The notes beneath the pieces were generated by a model. That model did no database searches. It was not told where the DNA came from and saw nothing but the letters and a program-made list of their open reading frames with translations. The translations under genes were made by a program, and so were the position numbers. A DNA stretch of 64,000 nt from Octopus sinensis (Eukaryota), in assembly GCF_006345805.1 (NCBI RefSeq), contig NC_043006.1:30504001-30568000 (forward strand). The letters are read 5' to 3'. This document shows, piece by piece, positions 1 through 11,650 of the stretch (position 1 is the stretch's first letter; each line of letters begins with the position of its first letter).

Positions 1-117
1 AATGAAATCTGGGAAACAATATAATTTTCAAGATTTGGTTTGTAACCTATCAGCTGTATGGCATCAATCTCTGTATAATACTGTAACATTCGGTGATGGA
101 ATTCAATGCGAAATAAA
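1..117 (-). CDS. FBXL4: FBXL4 homolog coding exon 5 (truncated by window edge)
   Basis: Acceptor ttgcAG at 120-118, phase 2. (N)LFRIEFHHRMLQYYTEIDAIQLIGYKPNLENYIVSQIS matches FBXL4 [25 protein letters not shown]. Confidence 0.9.
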
Positions 118-304
118 CTGCAACACAAAGAATTGTTAAATTACATAATTTATACAAAATAAACAGCTATTATGTTTTTTATGAATTGTTTTTTTTTTTT
201 TTTGCTTATCTTTTAAAATTAATTTAATTTTACTTTTGAAATTTTTTTTTGGTTATGTAAAACCAAATGAACCAGCTTCAATATATGATAAACAGAGAAT
301 TGAG

Positions 305-592
305 AGAATAATAAAAGGATGGAGAAAGTTCAGAGAGCTCTGAACCTCTGTTGACAATGATAGGTTTCTCTCTCTTTGAGTGAAAAGCAGATTTTATGAT
401 GTTTGTGCAGGAACAGCAATGCCACATGTTACTGAGACATGGGTCCTGAATGTAGAGGACATGCAAAAGCTTGAAAGAGACAAAATTACCATGCTCTGCT
501 GTATGTATAATGTCAGTGTAAATGTATTGAGCAGAAGAGGGATCAAATGTAGTGTGCAAGAGAGAGAGGACGGTGTTGGTATGGTCATGTGA
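305..592 (+). mobile_element. RTE-clade LINE fragment interrupted by the CR1
   Basis: Decayed RTE C-terminus (KSRFYDVC..TAM.H..ETW...CSVQER, WYGHV), homologous to copies at 4520-5520 and 21710-22730. Confidence 0.8.
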
Positions 593-593
593 C

Positions 594-2026
594 GTTTAGT
601 TAGTTAGTTAGTTAATTTGGCTCAAAAGCAAATAGCAAGGCCATGTAGGGGGACATGGAGTTAAGTACAGGGTGGTGTTCATGTAACGAGTTTAGGCCAC
701 TTGAGGTCAAGGGAGGCTTTGAACAAAGCGGTCGTCGGCATCTTCACCATCTCGTCTGGCAGCTTGTTCCACGAATCCGCAACCCGGACGGAGAAAGCTC
801 CTCTCCTTCGATTGAGATGAAATTGTCGCAGGTAGAGCTTTTCGGAATGACCCCGCAGCCGACGCTCTGGAGCAGGAGTGAAGAACAGCTCTTTCGAGAG
901 GTTACACTTTCCGCTTATGATGTTGTGGGCGAGAATGAGATCACCACAGCGGCGGCGTTTTTCTAGAGAATAAAGGTCGAGCGTCCTCAGCCTTTCTTCA
1001 TAGGACAAATTTTTGAGACCATGAACCATGCGGGTAGCCAGCTTCTGGACTCTTTCGAGATGCTGTATGTCTTTGAGGAGATAAGGAGAAGAGGCTTGAA
1101 TCCTGTACTCCAATATGGGTCTCACCAGCGTGACATAGAGTGGTAGGAATATGGCTGCTGTGAGCATTCCGAATGACCATCGAATCAAGAACAGAATTCC
1201 GCGTGCTTTGTTGGCAGCATGGACACACTGGGCCGAAGGCGAAAAGGAGGAATCCACCAAGATACCCAGGTCCTTTACCTGATCGGTCCTCTCCAGCAGC
1301 AGACGACCCGGCTCGAAATCAAGTTGAGTTGCAGGAGGAGAGCCAACAGGCAGATGACAGCACTTTGACACGTTCAGACACAGGTCCCATTCGTTAGACC
1401 ACCTCCAAACTTGGTGGAGGCATTGACGAAGATCCTCTATATCACCGCGAGGAGCGACCAGTTTGATATCGTCGGCAAATAGAAGGGTGTGTTGCGTGAG
1501 GCCATCGGGCAAGTCATTTATGAAGACTAAGAACAATAAGGGCCCAAGCACTGAACCTTGAGGCACGCGACTGCTCGCACTGGAGACGTCGGACCGCGAA
1601 CCATTAACTTGGACTTGGAAGGAGCGATCTGAGAGGAAGGCACCAACCCATCGTACAATATCCGGATGGAAACTATATGCTTGAAGCTTGACAAGTAATA
1701 GGCGGTGGTTTACCGAGTCAAAAGCTTTGGCAAAGTCCAATAAAACGATGTCAACAGCATCACTATCATCGAGGATGCGCGTCACCAATTCTTCCATTAC
1801 CAGTAAGTTGGTCAAGCATGATCTCTTCGACACGAAGCCGTGTTGGGAATCAGAGATAGAGGCTGTGTTTTGGAGGTGGAGCATCATACTTTTCTTAAGG
1901 ATGGTTTTGAACATCTTGCTGATTATTGATGTAAGGGAAACCGGTCGGTAGTTAAGCGGGTCTTCGTGGCTCCCTTTCTTGAAAATTGGGCAGATTATCG
2001 CTGTTCTCCAGTCCGCAGGTATAACT
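594..2026 (-). mobile_element. 5'-truncated CR1-clade LINE (RT domain plus C-terminus, young)
   Basis: ORF 679-1914 has QHGF..RSCLTNLL, DFAKAFDSV, VPQGSVLGPLLF and FADDIKL. Frame stays open upstream (IPADWRTAIICPIFKKG...NYRPVSLTS). (CTAA)n tail at 594-615. Confidence 0.93.
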
Positions 2027-3037
2027 CAGGGATGGGGGAGACCCAGGAAGACATCGGATGAAGTTCTGAAAGTTGATTGAACTTCAGAGAGGAAGTGACA
2101 AAGGACAATGATTGAGAATTCACTGTGCTTGAGGAGACCCATATGGCACTGTTCAGCAGCTGTATTCATATGACAGCAGAATCTGTACATACTCTATCTT
2201 CCTCATGCTGCTAGTTACTCCCCACCTCTCTTTCTCGAATCACTTCCTTTAACATCCTTCATTCATTCTCAATATCATGTCTTCCTACTCTATTTTCCAC
2301 TGAGTACCCTTTTCTGTGCTTCTTTCTCCTCTGCGCTTCTTTCTCCTCTGAGATACAACTTCGAATTGCTACACCTCCCCTACTCCCACGTCATTTCCTT
2401 ATTTTCTGATTTATTCTACAGATTTAGTATACTGCTGCTTTCCACTTTTCCTGTTCTTCCACTTTTTCACCTTGTGTTTTCATCCCAGACATATTTCTCA
2501 TCAACCACACCTCCACCCTTGCATATCATTCACCTTTAACTACCTGTTACTCTCCTCTCATGCTCCTATCAACCTATCACCCATTCTTCCAGATCCTTGT
2601 TTGATATTCTCCCTTTCACTTTCTTGTACTTTGAGGCTGTGCTCTGACACCACATCATCCCCACCATTGTGTTTTTCCCAGCTACCCACACCTACTCCTA
2701 TGTACCCACTCTTGCACAATACCTGTGCCAAGCCCTCTCCTATAGTTTAGTCTCTCAACACCATGCAGAAAACTGCTTCTCTCTCTACAACACCACTCAG
2801 CTGAGACAGCTTCTTTTTCTTTTGCCTTGTGAGTTATTTGCTGACCTCACTAGTGCTGGTGTCAGGATAAAAAAAATCTAGTATACCCCATAAAGCAACT
2901 GGTGTTAGGAAGGCCATCCAGCTATAGAAACCATACCAAAACAGTCCTCTGGCTCATTAGATCCTATCAAACCCATGCCAGCATGGAAGACCAATGTTAA
3001 ATGACGATGATGATGATGATGATGACGACGATGATGA
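2027..3037 (+). mobile_element. Continuation of the RTE: ORF end, pyrimidine-rich 3' region, (GAT)n tail
   Basis: GRPRKT-like end (ggagacccaggaagacat), CT-rich tract, then aacccatgccagcatggaa...gttaaatgacgatgatgatg. Confidence 0.7.
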
Positions 3038-3831
3038 AAGATTACAATTTTACAAACTAGTAACCTTCAGTTTAATGATGAAACATTTTTTTTATCATGT
3101 CTAAACTACATTTTCATTGTTTTGATTTCTGACCAATCACATCCATCAAATGTCTAATTTTTGGATAAGTACACTGTACCAGACTGGACTGCTAACAAGC
3201 ACCATTATCTCTAAACTAAATGAAGTAATGTAGGCCACTGAGACAGTTTGTTACCATGGATACATCAAGGACAAAGACATCTGATCCTGATCAAAGATGA
3301 AAACAATCAAAATGTCATCTCCAAGTTTCCTCTCCAAAAATTAAGGTTAATAAGCTCAAAAATTATAATTTCATTAACAGAAACTTATCTCAACATTTAA
3401 TCAGCTACAATGTGAATTAAATTTACAGGGAAGGGAGCTGAAAGTAAATATTATAATTCATTTAATCCAGTAATGAATCTTTTCAACCTATTTAAAAAGA
3501 CTAAAACTGGAAGAGTTAAGCACCTAAACTAAGAGTAAGGTGCAGTGTTTGGGCTGATGCTTAATCAATTTCATTACAAGAACATTTTCAAGCCTTCAAA
3601 ACTTGGGAGATTTAGGCTGAAAGTGCTGGAGACAACTTTAGGATAATGGCAAAGGAAATGCATGTTTATAGGGTGTCAGAAGAGACAGGCCTATGTGAAA
3701 CATAAGGGGACATCTGCAGAGAAAGGAAGAGAAAATGTTAATTATCAAATGAGCAGAGAAAATGACCAACATATTGTCTGGTTTTTATCTCCAAGTTTTC
3801 TCAATGACAAGTGAGAAAAATAAAAACTTAC

Positions 3832-3924
3832 TTAGTAGGGTAGGAAATTGGTTTGAAGCTTATCTCAAAAATTCTGCACTTTTCTGAACATTTCTGTGGA
3901 GGACCTGACCAGACACAATTCCAC
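3832..3924 (-). CDS. FBXL4: FBXL4 homolog coding exon 4
   Basis: 93 nt, tttttcAG/GTAAGT, phase 2 to 2. The only open frame gives WNCVWSGPPQKCSEKCRIFEISFKPISYPT(N), similar to FBXL4 WEILWS...ARQFKPCIKQINFPTN. Confidence 0.9.
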
Positions 3925-4004
3925 CTGAAAAAGTAATCAAAAATCAAAATTAACCATTAATATTTAATTCCCTCTCTCTCTTTTGGAGAGGCACTGAGCA
4001 GCTA

Positions 4005-4172
4005 TACGCACACATACACACACGGCAGTAACTTCCACCTACCGAATTCAATCACAAAGCTCCGGTCGGCTCGGGGCTATAGTGGAAGACACCTACCCAA
4101 AGTGCCACGCAGTGGGACTGAACCCGAAACCATGTAGCTAGGAAGCAAGCTCCCTAACCACACAGCCATGCC
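4005..4172 (-). mobile_element. tRNA-derived SINE head
   Basis: Reverse complement of ggctgtgtggtt...gggttcagtcccactgcgtggcac (A/B-box-like); same family as 41221-41660. Confidence 0.8.
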
Positions 4173-4254
4173 TAACAGATTATTATTATTATTATTATTA
4201 TTATGAAAGTGTTGGATTGACAGACTCATTAGAGTGATGGACATCAATAGAAAT

Positions 4255-4485
4255 GGTCATATGTGAAAGAGAGAAGACTTGTCAAAGTGTGCGTTTTTTG
4301 CCCTAGTAACCACACCTTTTAAGATAGGGATTTCTAACCTAGCTCACTTGCATCCTCACCTCATTTTACATGTCCCTGCAAATTTTGGAGTCAATCCGAC
4401 GGGATCTAGTGGCCTTTAACCCCTTCTCAATGCCCAAAATCAGACAAACAAACTATTTGCATTTCAGAATTATAATATAGAGATG
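4255..4485 (+). mobile_element. Possible non-autonomous Helitron/HINE-like 3' fragment
   Basis: catgtccctgcaaattttggagtcaatccg...cagacaaacaaac...attataatatagagat resembles DINE-1/Lep1-type ends. Recognition only. Confidence 0.4.
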
Positions 4486-4519
4486 ATAATTGTAAAATTT
4501 GAAATACTTATTTAAAAAA

Positions 4520-5520
4520 TGCAGTGGAATAATAGGAAGGTTATCAGAAACAGCAGTGTTTGTATGTAGAAGGTGCATAGGAGCCATAAAAAACTAAAGA
4601 TACTTGGGAAATTGATTTTTTCAAATGCCCTGGAGTCATTAGAGGTAATGGATAATTTCTGCTACCTGGAGGACCAAATTAGTAGTGGGGGAGAATGTAC
4701 AGCAAGTGTAATAGCTAGAATAAGAATAGGATGGAGAAAATTCAGAGAGCTTTTATCTTTGTTGGTTTCTCTCTTTGAGTGAAAAGAAGATTGTATGATG
4801 CATGTAAAAGAACAGCAATTCACCATAGTAGTGAGATGTGGGCCCTGGATGCAGAGGAGATGCGAGAGATAGAGAGGAATGAGGCTTGTAAGCTCTACTG
4901 GATGTGCAATGTAAGTGTACATGTTCAACAGAGTGTTAGTGTTTTGAGAGATAAGCTAGGCATTAGAGGAATTAGATGCAATGTGCAAGAGAGATGGCTG
5001 CACTGATTTGGTCATGTGATGCAGGTGGATGCTGACAGCTCCATAAAGAAGTGCTGATCTCTCAAAGTGGATGGAACTCATGGAAGAGGGTGATCCAGGA
5101 AGATATGGGATAAGGTATTGAAAGATGACCTCAGGATGCTGAACCTTTCAGATGGAATGACAAAGGACCGAGATAACTGGTGCCTTGCTGTACTTGAGAA
5201 GACACATTCTCCACAGCAGAAGTGTTAAGACCCCCACTCCTCCTGGTGAAAAGGATTGGCTTGCAAGAGTCTTGTGCTAGTGCCACATAAAAAGCACTCG
5301 TGCCAGTGCCACATAGAACTGCTCATACCAGTGCTATGTTAAAAGCACCCTGCACACACTGTAAAGTGGTTGGCATTAGGAAGGGCAGCCAGCTGTAGAA
5401 ACCAATCAGAGAGGAACCTGATGCAGTTCCACAGCTTGCCAGCTCTGGTCAAACCGTCTAACCCATGCCAGCATGGAAAATGGACGTTAAGATGATGATA
5501 ATGATGATGATGATGATGAT
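4520..5520 (+). mobile_element. RTE LINE 3' fragment with (GAT)n tail
   Basis: LEVMDNFCYLEDQISSGG...ARIRIGWRKFREL and KRRLYDAC...EMWAL with stops/frameshifts, followed by the family tail. Confidence 0.88.
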
Positions 5521-5730
5521 TTAAAGATATTTCTCCATAATGTAAAACAAATATGACTTTCATATCTTGTTGGACAAGATACTCTACAATGTCTGTGAAA
5601 GAAAAGGAAAGAAATAACAATTTGGTTTGAAATAAAGTAGAACACAATCCCAGCTCCAACTTATTGTTGCCACTGAGTTACAGATCAAAAACTGATAAAA
5701 GGACAGGTTTAAATATTGAAGGATGCCTAC

Positions 5731-5860
5731 TTTGTATCACCTTGGTCAACACAGGTACCAGCTAACCTGTCACAAGCCATTACTTTTACAATTGCCCCAG
5801 GGTTATAGGTTTCATAAACTTTGAACCCAGTAGGGTACACCATCCTTTCAAATAAGATTT
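5731..5860 (-). CDS. FBXL4: FBXL4 homolog coding exon 3
   Basis: 130 nt, ttttcAG/GTAGGC, phase 1 to 2. (E)ILFERMVYPTGFKVYETYNPGAIVKVMACDRLAGTCVDQGDT(K) matches FBXL4 [30 protein letters not shown]. Not in the ORF track. Confidence 0.92.
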
Positions 5861-5984
5861 CTGAAAACAAAAGAAAAAAATAAGATTGTTAAATGGTGCT
5901 ACTTCTTTTTCTTAAAATGTTTCAATCCATTTGAGTAGATGAGTTAAGCACAGGGCTTTATACCCATAGTCTTAGAATGGTTGG

Positions 5985-6735
5985 TTTTGATTTCTTTGAT
6001 GAAATATACAAGTGGGCTGAAAAGAATAGCATGTGGTTTAATGCTGAAAAGTTTCAGGCTTTGTGCTATCAACATGCAAAACTAAATACAATATCCAATA
6101 AATCAGTGCAAGACTTGGGCATTTACATGAGTAATGATGCAACCTTTCATGTGCATGTTGCTAACTTGGCAATGAAATGTAGGCGGCTGACCGGATGGAT
6201 TCTTAGAACTTTTAGAACAAGAGACCAGGAAACCATAATGGTCCTCTGGAGGACATTTGTCCCAAGCCACTTTGACTATTGCTCTCATCTATGGTCACCA
6301 ACCAGTGTCAAATTAATCTCAGAACTTGAGGCAATCCAATGAAGCTACTCGAAGAAGATAGCCTCTATGCAGCATATAAGCTATTGGGAAAGACTCGAGA
6401 CATTAAGATTCTATTTCTTAGAGTGTAGGCGAGAAAGATATGCCATAATATACAATTGGAAGATCCTGGAAGGACTTGTCCCAAACTTTGGCATCGAGAG
6501 TTGGGGTGGATGTAGGCGTCTTCAAAATAAAGCTGGACCTCTTCCTGTCAGGTGTCCCAGATGAACCAACTTCGTGGCAAGAGGTGCAGATGAGGGCGGC
6601 TGCATCAAACTCCCTCATGCACCAAATGTCAATTGCTAAAAAGCATTCATGAAATAAAGTTATGTAGGAACACCAAATAGTGGTGCCCCAGCATGGCCGC
6701 AGCTCATGAGCTGAAACTGGATGAAATAAAAAAAA
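5985..6735 (+). mobile_element. CR1/L2-group LINE 3' fragment (internally deleted)
   Basis: IYKWAEKNSMWFNAEKFQ, VQDLGI, FDYCSHLWSP, SYWERL..L..LECRRERY.IIY.WKILEGLVPN, PDEPT...RAAASNSL, then a stem-loop tail and A-rich end. Confidence 0.85.
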
Positions 6736-7215
6736 GTTTTTTTAAATATATTTCTTCGGACAGATTTTTCAGCATGCTAGATGAGAAGAGACATTAAACC
6801 CTGGTTCAACATTTCTTTGTTCCTTGGCAGAAAATGAAAGTGTGATTCTCCCAAGACATTCTCACAGTGCAAAATGGCTGATTCTAAGACAGAGTGAGGA
6901 ACCAGGGTTAGCATTTGACTGGTTCTTTATTAATTGGCTTTGGAAGAATGGAAAACAAAACTGACTATGGTTGGCTTTGAACAGGGAATGCTAAGAGCCA
7001 GAACAACCATCCACATGGCACTTGTCTGTGGCTTCAGTGATTCTGACAACTGACTGCCCAATAAATATATCCACACACACACACACTCAGCCATTAAATG
7101 GAGATGATGATGATAATGACAGACACAGTGGAAAAGGAATAACAGTAATCAAGATAAATGTATTCAAATTCATTTAATGTCATATTAACAATGCATTATA
7201 ATGGAAACTTCATAC

Positions 7216-7256
<41 letters not shown>

Positions 7257-7260
7257 CATA

Positions 7261-7545
7261 CATCATCATCATCGTCGTTTAACGTCTGCTTTCCATGCTG
7301 GCATGGGTTGGACGATTTGACTGAGGACTGGCAAGCCTGAAGGTTGTACCAGGCTCTAATCTGATCTGGCAATGTTTCTACAGCTGGATGCCCTTCCTAA
7401 TGCCAACCACTCTGAAAGTGTAGTGAGTGCTTTTTATGTGTCACCGGCACGAGGGCCAGTCAGGTGGGACTGGCATCAACCACGTTTGAATGGTGCTTTT
7501 TACATGCCACCACAGGAGCTAGTCAGGCGGCTCTGGCAATGACCA
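7261..7545 (-). mobile_element. RTE-tail element (short non-autonomous or 5'-truncated copy)
   Basis: catcatcatcgtcgtttaacgtctgctttccatgctggcatgggttgg... Further copies near 9780-10097(+), 10495-10680(-), 11705-11903(+), 11921-12400(-), 13334(-), 14547(-), 21056(-), 25946(-), 33545(-), 35740(+), 39955(-), 44278(-), 48590(+), 51640(+), 60118(-), 61646(-), 62055(-). Confidence 0.85.
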
Positions 7546-9373
7546 TACATACGTACATACATACACACACACACATGCATACATATATATATAATAATAA
7601 TAATAATATTAGGGAATAAATTATTATTCCAACCTTACAGGTAAAATTCAGTATAATAATATTAGACCGAATTTCGTAATATATAATATATGTATATAAC
7701 TAATTTAGAGACGAACCACCACCCCACAACTCAGTCAATGAAGAACCCATCCAAAACCATGCTGTGAGACATATACCATACAAAATACTAATCCAAAATT
7801 TTAATAATATATAATATTGAACAGTAAGATTATTACAATCATATAATATATAAGAGCAAATACTTTTAAAATCACAATGAATATCATACAAAGAAACATT
7901 CATCATAAAAATATTAATCTAAAGTCAAATAAAGTATAAATTGAACAATAAAAATTAATACAATAATAAATATAATGTATAAAAGTAAGTGCTTGTATAT
8001 TGACTATGCGTGTTTCATGGCTGAATTAGGATTATATAAAATCATATTAGAAACCATATCCTAGTTCATTAGAATGTTCTAATGAAAATATTTAACTGGT
8101 TTATCTGGTCAGGAAACAACACATGGTTCATTTCTGATTCTTGAACCACACCCAGACAAATGTAAACTATTTTTATTTTCATGGTTTAGTCTGTAGAAAG
8201 TGTGTCTGGCCATGACTCTCCAAGACTATTGCAATTTGTGTTGTTCTTGAAAAACTTCAACCAAAACATATAACAGTTGCAACTCTGTATATTCCAGTTG
8301 CCTAACCAACTGAAATATTTATTCCTTCAATTATAGCATAAATGGTGGAGTAATAACAAGTATAGCTAATGTAATCCTCACATAGAACCAACATGGAATA
8401 ATCTGTGTCAAATCCAGCCAACCTATTTAAATGACACAGTCATGCCATCCATTTGGGTTTCCAAACAGTTTCCGCCATAATGCTTGGGTTGATGCAAGGT
8501 TAAGGTAAAAGATACTGGCCAAAGATTCCATGATGTGGGACGGAACCAAAATATCATGATTGTGAAGCAAGCATTCTTAACATACAGACATTTCCTGCAT
8601 CCAAGAAAAGCAGAAGTAGGGGTGAATTCCAGAAGGGCTGATATTCTGGAAGGAAAAGTGATTAAGGGAGAGGAGAGGACATGCAAAATGGGTGAGGACA
8701 AATAAATAAGGGAGTGTGATTACGAAATGAGTGATCCTCAAGTAAGAGAGGCCACAGCAGTAAATAGTGAAGATTGCATGTCAGTGGAGTGATTGTTGCT
8801 GAATGAATTCATACCAATGCATAAAAGGTCTGTGGATGACACAATGAATGTTGTTTATGAAAAAAAGATTAGATATTAACTTAGTCGTAATAATATATGT
8901 GAATGCATTTGTAAATATGTATGTGAGTGTTTGCTGGATCCTATGGATAAGATAGTAAACTATGAAGAAGATGACAGCTAACAGTGGGCCCATGACAACA
9001 TTTGAAAATATGGTAAAAATCAGTGAATATAGTTTTATCTTTCATCACATTCTTGACCTTATCACTCTGGTTATCTTCTGCCACTCTTTTGTGTTCTGGT
9101 TCTTATCCTACTCAGTTGTGTGGAGAAAATGGAGACAATGCAAGAACAATATTTTCATTTTCTTTTCCTGGCATTTTCTCTATTTTCCTACTTTGTCTCA
9201 TAGCATCACAGAGATTGTTTCAGCTGCAGATAAGTTGTGGTGGAGGTGATGATGATGATAATGACAATGATGATGATGAGGAGGAGGAGGACTGTATCCT
9301 ACCATTACATACATTTTGCTTTTGTTATCTTTGGTAGCTAACAAAATTATGAAAAATTCTGGAAGCAACTTAC

Positions 9374-9464
9374 CAACAAAATCATCACTTGGGTAAGGTG
9401 TAGAAAATCTTCCAAAGCTTTTAGGAGCCGAAGGGGCCATTTTCCACCATGGTCCATATGTGCG
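9374..9464 (-). CDS. FBXL4: FBXL4 homolog coding exon 2
   Basis: 91 nt, ttcAG/GTAAGT, phase 0 to 1. RTYGPWWKMAPSAPKSFGRFSTPYPSDDFV matches FBXL4 RTYGTWW...SQDYV. Confidence 0.93.
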
Positions 9465-10127
9465 CTGAAACAAGAAAGATGGAGATAAATTGTAGGGCAA
9501 GTGGAGATGTCTACCAAGTGGTTTACCTGCTTGGTTTACTACAGCATCTTAACCCTTGCATATATACATGTACAGAGTTCTATTTCTCCTCTTTGTCCCA
9601 CTTAACATACACACAATTCTTAAAAATTAAATGGAAGCATTAATGTCATTATGAAAATTAGGCATGAACCTTGGTCCTGGCACTTCTTTATCTTTCCAAT
9701 CAAATTTTATTTCTCTCCAACTCTCTCTCCCCTTCCTCTTCTTTGTCCTAGAGGGGAGGGTATTCAAGTATCTCTTCTATAAGACAGCTGTCTTTGTCCC
9801 TGTATCGTACTCCAGCCTCTCTTCTGGCACACAGTCACTTCCCTCAGCTGAGAGGTCTCTGTCTTGCAAGTCACTTGGCAACCTTACTGGTGCGAGTTCT
9901 ACAATAGAGAAACTCTGTTGGTGCCATGTAAAAAGTATCAGTGCTGGTTCCACCCAGTCCACTCTGTAGTGGTGGGCATCCAGCCATAGAAACCATGCCA
10001 AAATACACAATGGGAGCTTAGTGCAGCTCTCCAGCTGCCAACTCCTGTCAAACCATCCAACCCATACCAGCATGGAAAACAGACATTAAATGATGATAAA
10101 TGAACATGTTTTTAAAAAACAACTTAC

Positions 10128-10337
10128 AAATACACACGTGCATGTGAAATCTCCATGTTTTGGATAAACTTCAGGTGGTCCAACTAAATTATTGGCAATG
10201 TAACACATACTTTGAGCTGCTCCATACTGTGAACTAAACTGAAGAACACGGTTCACAAAAAGTTCATCCAGGAGGAATTTGCCCTTTGATGTCTTTTTGT
10301 AAACAGTGGTTTCATTGGAAGTTTGTCGTACGGTCAT
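10128..10337 (-). CDS. FBXL4: FBXL4 homolog, first coding exon (exon probably starts at 10377 with 40 nt before the ATG)
   Basis: Translates MTVRQ...VNRVLQFSSQYGAAQSMCYIANNLVGPPEVYPKHGDFTCTCVF, resembling vertebrate FBXL4 [40 protein letters not shown] as I recall it. Donor GTAAGT at 10127-10122 (phase 0); acceptor tctttgtAG ending at 10378. Confidence 0.92.
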
Positions 10338-11247
10338 CTTGCTTGATAAACATTTGTTATTTATATGCTTGGAAAATCTACAAAGAAAAAGTTAAATATT
10401 ATTTACATTGACAACACATGCAGTTGTTATCTTTAACAAAACGATATTTAAACAATTTTTCAAATATTTTGCAATCACATAGACATCCTCATCCTCATCA
10501 TAATCATAATTTAACATCTGTTGTCCATGCCGGCATGGGTTGGACAGTTTGACCAGGGTTGGCAAGCTGGAAGGCTGCACCAGACTCTATTCTGATTTGG
10601 TATGGTTTCTACAGCTGGATGCTCTTCCTAACATCAACCACTCCAAGAGTGTAATGGGTGCTTTTACATGCCACCAGCACAGGGCATATAACTATTGGAA
10701 TATATTGCTTTTGTTTCAGTTAATTTTGAAAATAGCGAAGAATTTAGTCAAATAACTTTGGCATTATTATTTTGTTCCAAACATAAAATTTTGACGAGAA
10801 GATTGAATTTAGGTCCTTTTAAAACAGAAAATTTGTATCATAGAACCAAGGGTAGCCTTAGGGGAGTTGTTATCAAAAGAGTTAATAATAGAAAAAAACA
10901 AAACAAACTTGTTTTCTGTATGAACTAGAATTTTTGAAATTATTTTTTCACTAGATTTGAAATGAAAATAAAGTCGGAAAACTGATGCCTCTGTTACACT
11001 TGAATTTCTCATCACCAGGTATGAAGTTACCTGCCTCAGTACAACACCTCACTGAGTTGAGAGGGGTGGGGTCTTGTCACGGGAGTTAGTTGATGACTTC
11101 AATGGTGATTGAAAAGCACCCAGTACACTTTACAAAGTGGTTTGCATTAAGAAAGGCATTGAGCTGTAGAAACCATGCCAAAGGCTGATATAAAAATTTT
11201 ATGCCCAACTTATACTAGCATGGAAAACAGGCATTAAACAATGGTGA

Positions 11248-11650
11248 TGGCGCAGGTGTGGCTGTGTGGTAAGAAGCTTGCTTCCCAACCACATGGTTTA
11301 AGGTTCCATCCCAATATATGGCACCATGGGCGAGTGTCTTCTACTACAGCCTTGAGCTGACTAAAACCTTGCGAGTGGATTTAGTAGATGAAAACTGAAA
11401 GAACGCCATTGTATATATATATAGATGTGTATGTGTATATGTTGTACCCCCGCCATCACCCTTGACAAATGGTGTTGATCTGTTTATGTCCCCATAACTT
11501 AGCAGTTCAGCAAAAGCACTAGGCTGATAGAAAAAAACTAGGCTTTAAAAAAAAAATCCTGGGGTCGATTTGTTCACTTAAAACTCTTTAAGATGGTGAT
11601 CCAGCATGGCTGCAGTCAAATGACTGAAACAAGTAAAAGAATAAGAGAAT
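11248..11650 (+). mobile_element. Full-length tRNA-derived SINE with internal microsatellite
   Basis: ggcgcaggtgtggctgtgtggtaag head, central (AT/GT)n, and tail ccagcatggctgcagtcaaatgactgaaacaagtaaaaga. Confidence 0.85.

Noticed and set aside
5270-5350. Repeated gtgccacata(a/g)aa modules resembling a CRISPR-like array
   Set aside because: Part of the RTE 3'UTR, irregular and degenerate, with no unique spacers or cas genes; eukaryotic context.
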